A stretch of DNA of 64,000 nt from Halorarum halobium (GTDB taxonomy: Archaea > Halobacteriota > Halobacteria > Halobacteriales > Haloferacaceae), in assembly GCF_032116555.1 (NCBI RefSeq), contig NZ_CP134949.1, forward strand, positions 744,001 to 808,000, given 5' to 3'. The notes beneath the pieces are model-generated. The model had not been told where the DNA came from. It searched no databases and saw only the letters and a list, made by a program, of their open reading frames with translations. Below, in pieces: positions 58,697-64,000 of this stretch (the first letter of the stretch is position 1; each line of letters begins with the position of its first letter). Position numbers and translations under genes: made by a program.

Positions 58697-59095
58697 ATGC
58701 GAACGAGCCTGAACGTCCCGGACGGGGCGCTCGCGGAGTTCGACGCCGTCGCGGAGGCCGAGGGGTTCGACTCCCGCTCGCGGGCGGTCCGGGAGGCGAT
58801 GGCCGAGTACGTCGAGCGACACAGCAGGCTGGAGGACGCGACGGGCGAGGTCGCCGCAGTCGTCGCGTTCGATTACGTCCACGATGAGGTGATCCACGAC
58901 CTGCACGACGTCCAGCACGAGTACGGGGACGTGATCACGACGACCTCGCACGTCCACCAGGAGGGCTGGTGTCTGGAGTCGGTGTTCTGTCGGGGCGACG
59001 TCGACCGGGTCCGCGAACTGGTGTATCGCCTGCGCGACTTCGACGCCGTCCGGCGGGTCCGCGTCCTCTCGCTCGTCGACGGCGACGACCGGTAG
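58697..59095 (+). CDS. NikR-like nickel-responsive regulator
   Basis: RHH N-terminus (SRSRAVREAM), QH, SHVH, CLE; divergent from the transporter. Confidence 0.9.
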   Translation: MRTSLNVPDGALAEFDAVAEAEGFDSRSRAVREAMAEYVERHSRLEDATGEVAAVVAFDYVHDEVIHDLHDVQHEYGDVITTTSHVHQEGWCLESVFCRGDVDRVRELVYRLRDFDAVRRVRVLSLVDGDDR

Positions 59096-59254
59096 CCCGG
59101 CGGAGTCCTCGGCCGAGTGTCCTGGGGGAGTCCGGCGTGGTCGTCGGTCGAGCGTCCCGGTTCCTGGTCCCCGGCGGGCATCCCGTGGCCGCCACGGCTC
59201 GGGCGGTCGGGGACCCGCCACCACCCCTTTGCCCGCGCGGACTCGTGTTGGCGT

Positions 59255-59965
59255 ATGGTCACGGCGACCGTCGCGTCCATCCACCGCGTGACGCCGAACG
59301 TCAAACAGTTCCGCCTCCGCGCACCCGGCCACACCTTCGAGTACGAACCCGGCCAGCACACGACCGTCCACTTCGAGCGGGACGGCGAGGAGGTCGTCCG
59401 GCCGTACACCCCGACGAGTCGGCCCGGGACCGACGAACTGACGCTGGCGATCAAACGCTACGACGACGGGACCGCGTCGGTCTGGATGCACGAGCGCGAA
59501 CGCGGCGACGAGGTCGAACTCGGCGACATCGAGGGGAACCTCCACCTGCGGGACACAGGCCGCGACGTCGCCCTCGTCGCCACCGGGACGGGAATCACGC
59601 CGATGATGGCGATGCTGAAGGAGTACGTCGACCGCGGGGCGGGCGAGGCCCGCTTCTACTTCGGAGAGACGGACCAGGAGCACGTCATCTACCGCGAGAC
59701 GCTCGACCAGTTCGACGCCGACTACGGCGACGTCCACGTGACCTACTCGCTCTCCCGGGAGGACTGGAACGGGCCGACGGGGCACGTCCAGGAGCACGTC
59801 GTCGACGACGTCGGCGACGAACTCGACCCCGGGACCACGGATTTCTACGTCTGTGGCGTCCCGGGGATGGTCGTCGAGACGACGGACGACCTCGCGGACG
59901 CCGGCGTCCCCGACGAGAACGTCTACACCGAGGGCTGGGAGCGCGACGAGGTCGCGGAGGAGTGA
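59255..59965 (+). CDS. ferredoxin-NADP reductase-family flavoprotein
   Basis: RPYT, GTAS, ATGTGITP, YVCGVPGMV. Confidence 0.92.
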   Translation: MVTATVASIHRVTPNVKQFRLRAPGHTFEYEPGQHTTVHFERDGEEVVRPYTPTSRPGTDELTLAIKRYDDGTASVWMHERERGDEVELGDIEGNLHLRDTGRDVALVATGTGITPMMAMLKEYVDRGAGEARFYFGETDQEHVIYRETLDQFDADYGDVHVTYSLSREDWNGPTGHVQEHVVDDVGDELDPGTTDFYVCGVPGMVVETTDDLADAGVPDENVYTEGWERDEVAEE

Positions 59966-60022
59966 CGTGAATCACCCGGGAGGCCAGGCCGTGCGACGAC
60001 GTCGGGTGGCCCCCGGCCGCGA

Positions 60023-60190
60023 CTATGGTCGGTCCTCCCGGTCCCGCCGCGCCGCCCGTTCCGCGGACGAGCGGTCGGTGACGGTCGCGGCGTCCCGCTT
60101 CCGCTCGCCCCGAACGAGGGCGGAGAGGACCAGCGACGCGGCGACGGCGAACGCCAGGAACACCACCAGGAAGGCGGCCTCGGCGGCCAT
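60023..60190 (-). CDS. small single-TM protein
   Basis: 55 aa MAAEAAFLVVFLAFAV...; starts immediately after the zinc-ribbon stop. Confidence 0.6.
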   Translation of the reverse strand: MAAEAAFLVVFLAFAVAASLVLSALVRGERKRDAATVTDRSSAERAARRDREDRP

Positions 60191-60412
60191 CTACCCGAAG
60201 AACACGTCCACGAGGTCGCTCCCCGAGGAGCCGACGTCGCGGTAGAGTTCCGAGTATCCGCAACTGGTGCAGGAGACGACCCTGAACTTGTTCGTCTGGA
60301 TGTCGAACATCTTCGACAGGCCGCCGCCGGTGGTCGAGATGCTCCCGACCTCGGCGTCGGTGTGTCCACACTTGGGGCAGCCGTCGTCGTTCGTGGAGGG
60401 CTCGGACGCCAT
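60191..60412 (-). CDS. zinc-ribbon protein (CPxCG type)
   Basis: CPKCG and SCTSCGYSELY. Confidence 0.88.
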   Translation of the reverse strand: MASEPSTNDDGCPKCGHTDAEVGSISTTGGGLSKMFDIQTNKFRVVSCTSCGYSELYRDVGSSGSDLVDVFFG

Positions 60413-60451
60413 GGGTGCGGATTGTCTGTGGGGTGGAATGAATTTACCGCT

Positions 60452-61504
60452 TCACCCGCCGAGCGAGTTGTTCGCGACCCGGTTCCCCGACGACCTCACG
60501 AGCGAGACGCCGCGGGCGTTGTTCAACCCGACGTTGCCGACGACCTCGTTGCCGTCGCTCGAAATCAGGAGGATGGCAGTGTCGCCGCTCCCCCGAACGG
60601 CGTTGTCGGCGATCCGGTTGTCGTCGCTGGAGCGGAGGCGGACGCCGACCTCGTTCGACGCGGCGACGGTGTTCGAGACGACGTTCCCGTTCGAGCGGTC
60701 GGCGAGAAAGATCCCGTAGAACCGGTTCGACACGCGGTTGCGATGGAGGCGGTTCCCGGTCGATGCGGAGAGCCAGACTCCGGCGATTCGGTTCCCGCTT
60801 GCGACGTTCCGGGTCACGGCGTTGTCGTGGACGCCGATCAGGACGATCCCGAACTCGTTGTTCGAGGCGACGTTGTTCACGAGCGTGTTGTCCCGCACGC
60901 CGCCCTCGACGAGGTGGATGCCGTACAGCGCGTTGTCGGTCGCGGTGTTGTTCGCCAGCGTGTTGTTCGCGCCGGATTCGAGCAGCGAGATGCCGCGGAG
61001 GCGGTTCCCGCGGGCGACGTTGTCCGCGACGTGGACGTCGCGGGCGTTCAACAGCGAGAGCCCGACTCGATTGGTCGCGGTCGTCGCGTCGACGACGGCG
61101 CCGCCGTCGACCCCGATGTAGCGTATCCCGTCGTCCCAGTCGGTAACCGTCACGTTTCGCACGGTCACGTTCGACGCGGGTTCGTCCCCGTCCGCCCGGA
61201 CGACGACCCCGGCGGTCCCGAACGTCCCTCTCCCGTCGACGCGGTGGCCGCCGCCGGCAAGGACGACGTCGTCCGCCTGGATGCGGATGCAGGTGTCGGC
61301 CCCCCTGTCGGTGAGGTTCCGGTCGAGCACGTACCTGCCGGACTCGGTGATCTCCGTACACGAGTCGATCGTCGTCGCCGGCCGGGCGTCGCCGGTCGAC
61401 CCATCGGGACGGAGCGTGGACGCGCCGTAGACGGCGCTCGCGACCGCGAGTGTCAACAGCAGGAGGACCGCTCCAGCCCGTACGGGGTCCTCAGGGAGCG
61501 ACAT
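60452..61504 (-). CDS. exported right-handed beta-helix (NosD-like) protein
   Basis: N-terminal TM; repeated NN..GI.L units. Confidence 0.88.
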   Translation of the reverse strand: MSLPEDPVRAGAVLLLLTLAVASAVYGASTLRPDGSTGDARPATTIDSCTEITESGRYVLDRNLTDRGADTCIRIQADDVVLAGGGHRVDGRGTFGTAGVVVRADGDEPASNVTVRNVTVTDWDDGIRYIGVDGGAVVDATTATNRVGLSLLNARDVHVADNVARGNRLRGISLLESGANNTLANNTATDNALYGIHLVEGGVRDNTLVNNVASNNEFGIVLIGVHDNAVTRNVASGNRIAGVWLSASTGNRLHRNRVSNRFYGIFLADRSNGNVVSNTVAASNEVGVRLRSSDDNRIADNAVRGSGDTAILLISSDGNEVVGNVGLNNARGVSLVRSSGNRVANNSLGG

Positions 61505-61603
61505 TCCGTCCCGATTCGACGCGAACGTCAATAGATGTGACGCGGCCCGCGTGCGAGCCGACGGCGAGGAGACGCTTCCCGATTCAGCCCGCTGGTCGGT
61601 CCG

Positions 61604-63268
61604 CTACTCCCCGAACTTCTCGACCTCGCGCTCGCGCAGTTCGATGCGGCGCGTCTTCCCCGAGGACGTCTTGGGCAGTTCGTCAACGTACTCGACCCGC
61701 CGGGGGTACTTGTACGGCGCCGTCTCGGCTTTCATGTACTCCTGCAGCTCGTCGGTCAGCCCCTCGCTCCCCACGTGGCCGTCGGCGAGCACGACGTACG
61801 CCTTCACGACGTTGCCCCGCTCGTCGTGCGGGGAGGCGACGGCCGCCGCCTCCGCGACCGCCTCGTGGCTCACCAGCGCGTCCTCCACCTCGAACGGGCC
61901 GATGCGGTAGCCCGCCGAGAGGATGATGTCGTCCGCGCGCCCCTCGAAGAAGAAGTAGCCGTCCTCGTCGCGGCTGGCGAGATCGCCCGTCCGGTAGTAG
62001 TCGCCCGAGAACGTCTTCTCGTCCAGTTCCGGCTTGTCGTAGTAGCCGTCGAAGATGCCCGGGTTGCCGACCGGGACGGCGATCTCGCCGATCTCGCCCG
62101 TCCCGACCTCGGTCTCCTCCTGGGTGTCGATGATGGTCGTCTCCAGGCCCGGCGTCGGCTTGCCCATCGAGCCCTCCTTCACGTCGATGCCGGGGTAGTT
62201 GGAGACGAGACACACCGTCTCGGTCTGCCCGTAGCCGTCGCGGGGCGTGATGCCGTAGGCGTCCTGGAGCGCCTCGATGGGCTCCCGGTTGAGCGGTTCG
62301 CCCGCCGAGAGCGCCTCTGTCAGGTCCAGGTCGTACGCCGAGAGGTCCGTCTGGGTGAACATCCGGTACTGGGTCGGCACCGCACACAGGCGGGTGACGC
62401 CCTCCTCTTCCATCACCGAGAGGAACTCGTCGGCCTCGAACTCGCCCTCGTAGAGCAACTGCGAGGCCCCGACCGTGATGCCGACGCCGACCGGTGACCA
62501 GAACCACTTCGCCCAGCCGGTGCCCGTCGTGGCCCACAGCAGTTCCTCGTCGAGGTCGACCGGGTCCGAGCCATGCTCGCCCGGCGCCGTCGTCCCCTCG
62601 GCGGTCACGCCCCACCAGTAGGGCGCGTTCACGAGTTCGAACGCGCGCATCCAGCGGTGGCGGTGGAGGACGGGCTTCGGTTGCCCCGTGGTGCCGGAGG
62701 TGTAGTTGATGCTCATCGGGTCCGACGCGCCGACGTCCGGGCCGTCGTGGTCGTCGGACCGGCCCGCGAGCAGCTCCGCGAACGACTCCCGGCCGTCCGC
62801 CGAGCCGTCGCCCTCGACCACGACGACGGTGTCGACGGGCGTCTCGTCGACGACCGGCTCGACCATGTCGGTCAGGTCGTCGTGGACGACGACCGTCGTC
62901 GCCTCGCAGTCGTTCGCGCGGAACGCCAGATCCTTCGGCTTCAACATCGCCGAGCAGGGGACGAGCAGCGCGCCGCGCTTGAGCGCGCCGAGCTGGATGG
63001 CGAACACGTCGGGGTGGCGCGGCAGCAGGTGCATCACGCGGTCGCCCTTGCCGACGCCAAGATCCGCGAGCGCGTTCGCGAAGCGGTTCGTATCGCGCGC
63101 CAGGTCGGCGTACGTCCGCTCCTCGCGGCTCCCCTCGTCGTCGAGGAACGTCACCGCCGTCCGGTCGCCGTGGGCCTCGGCGTGGCCCTCCACGACCGAG
63201 GGGAGCGTGTAGTCCTCCGGGACGTCCCAGTCGAACTCCGAGACCGCCTGCTCGTAGGAGACTGACAT
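61604..63268 (-). CDS. acyl-CoA synthetase (AMP-forming)
   Basis: YTSGTTGQPK, YGQTE, YRTGD, GRADD, LPKTSSGK. Confidence 0.95.
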   Translation of the reverse strand: MSVSYEQAVSEFDWDVPEDYTLPSVVEGHAEAHGDRTAVTFLDDEGSREERTYADLARDTNRFANALADLGVGKGDRVMHLLPRHPDVFAIQLGALKRGALLVPCSAMLKPKDLAFRANDCEATTVVVHDDLTDMVEPVVDETPVDTVVVVEGDGSADGRESFAELLAGRSDDHDGPDVGASDPMSINYTSGTTGQPKPVLHRHRWMRAFELVNAPYWWGVTAEGTTAPGEHGSDPVDLDEELLWATTGTGWAKWFWSPVGVGITVGASQLLYEGEFEADEFLSVMEEEGVTRLCAVPTQYRMFTQTDLSAYDLDLTEALSAGEPLNREPIEALQDAYGITPRDGYGQTETVCLVSNYPGIDVKEGSMGKPTPGLETTIIDTQEETEVGTGEIGEIAVPVGNPGIFDGYYDKPELDEKTFSGDYYRTGDLASRDEDGYFFFEGRADDIILSAGYRIGPFEVEDALVSHEAVAEAAAVASPHDERGNVVKAYVVLADGHVGSEGLTDELQEYMKAETAPYKYPRRVEYVDELPKTSSGKTRRIELREREVEKFGE

Positions 63269-63426
63269 ACGAGTGTGGAGGAAACTGTCCGGGTTAATCG
63301 TTTGGGTGACGGTGACACGAGGCGGGGCAGCCCCCGCCGGCGTTTTCGACGTCGACCGGCCCCGACTGACGGCACGAACCGGCCCCGACTGGCGGCTTTT
63401 TGGTGCCGCGGGGCGACCCGCCACGC

Positions 63427-64000
63427 ATGGAGTACACGACGCTCGGCGACACCGGGATGGAGGTCTCGAAGGTGTGTCTCGGCTGCATGAGTTTCGGCGA
63501 CACCGACTGGCGCGACTGGGTGCTCGACGAGGAGGAGGGGATCGAACTCGTCGAGCGGGCCATCGACCTCGGGATCAACTTCTTCGACACCGCCAACATG
63601 TACTCCGAGGGCGGGTCCGAGCGCGTGCTGGGGAACGCGCTCTCGGAGTACGACCGGGACCGGTTCGTCGTCGCCACCAAGGGCTACTTTCGGATGGACG
63701 AGGACGACCCGAACTCGGGCGGGCTCTCCCGCAAGGCCATCGAGCAGGAACTCGACGCCTCGCTCGACCGGCTCGGGATGGAGACGGTCGACCTCTACCA
63801 GACGCACCGCTGGGACGAGACCGTCCCCATCGAGACGACGATGCGGGCGCTCGACGACGCGGTCCGGCGCGGGAAGACGCACTACGTGGGCACCTCCTCG
63901 ATGTGGGCCCACCAGTTCGCCGAGGCGCTCCACACGAGCGAGCGGCTCGACCTGGACCGGTTTCAGACGATGCAGAACCACTACAACCTGCTGTACCGCG
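63427..64000 (+). CDS. aldo/keto reductase; runs off right edge
   Basis: MEYTTLGDTGMEVSKVCLGCMSFG...GINFFDTANMYS. Confidence 0.92.
   Translation, partial: MEYTTLGDTGMEVSKVCLGCMSFGDTDWRDWVLDEEEGIELVERAIDLGINFFDTANMYSEGGSERVLGNALSEYDRDRFVVATKGYFRMDEDDPNSGGLSRKAIEQELDASLDRLGMETVDLYQTHRWDETVPIETTMRALDDAVRRGKTHYVGTSSMWAHQFAEALHTSERLDLDRFQTMQNHYNLLYR

Noticed and set aside
41587..63981. Long Arg/Pro-rich ORFs such as 47069-49663, 48877-50877 and 53153-55684
   Set aside because: Shadow frames of real genes in ~70% GC DNA; composition is not halophilic.
1..64000. CRISPR array, rRNA, IS transposase or integrase
   Set aside because: No repeat-spacer periodicity, rRNA sequence, or transposase/tyrosine-recombinase motifs seen in this window.

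Overview
Haloarchaeal chromosome window in two parts. Bases 1 to ~41,570 are a lower-GC island (roughly 50-55% by eye, versus ~70% to the right) that continues past the left edge. It is an integrated mobile element carrying an archaeal fusexin gene (fsx1, HAP2/GCS1 class II fusogen family) at 38216-40105. Around fsx1 is a candidate contact, fusion and DNA-transfer module: a 1477-aa surface glycoprotein with a swapped-in AT-rich glycine-rich cassette, other anchored Ig-like proteins, three kinds of membrane-associated peptidase (JAB/MPN, CPBP, M48), and a divergent HerA/VirB4-like ATPase fused to a GINS B-domain and a RanBP2-type zinc finger. The element also encodes two tandem tRNA-shaped RNAs whose anticodon loops are replaced by other structures, a further ~175-nt structured RNA candidate, several genes that seem to start at CTG/ATT/ATC, and defence-type cargo (DruA/DUF4338 plus a DptF-like ATPase, DUF4238, HNH, HEPN-like, TIGR02391, XPB helicase, metallophosphoesterase). 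Its right end lies just 3' of the box C/D guide RNA sR-tMet rather than a tRNA. Bases ~41,600-64,000 are ordinary high-GC host genes (Hsp20, deoxyhypusine synthase, Nif3, idi, JAMM, K+ channel, TrmB, NikR-like, acyl-CoA synthetase), two of them disrupted. All family calls come from motif recognition and memory, not database searches.
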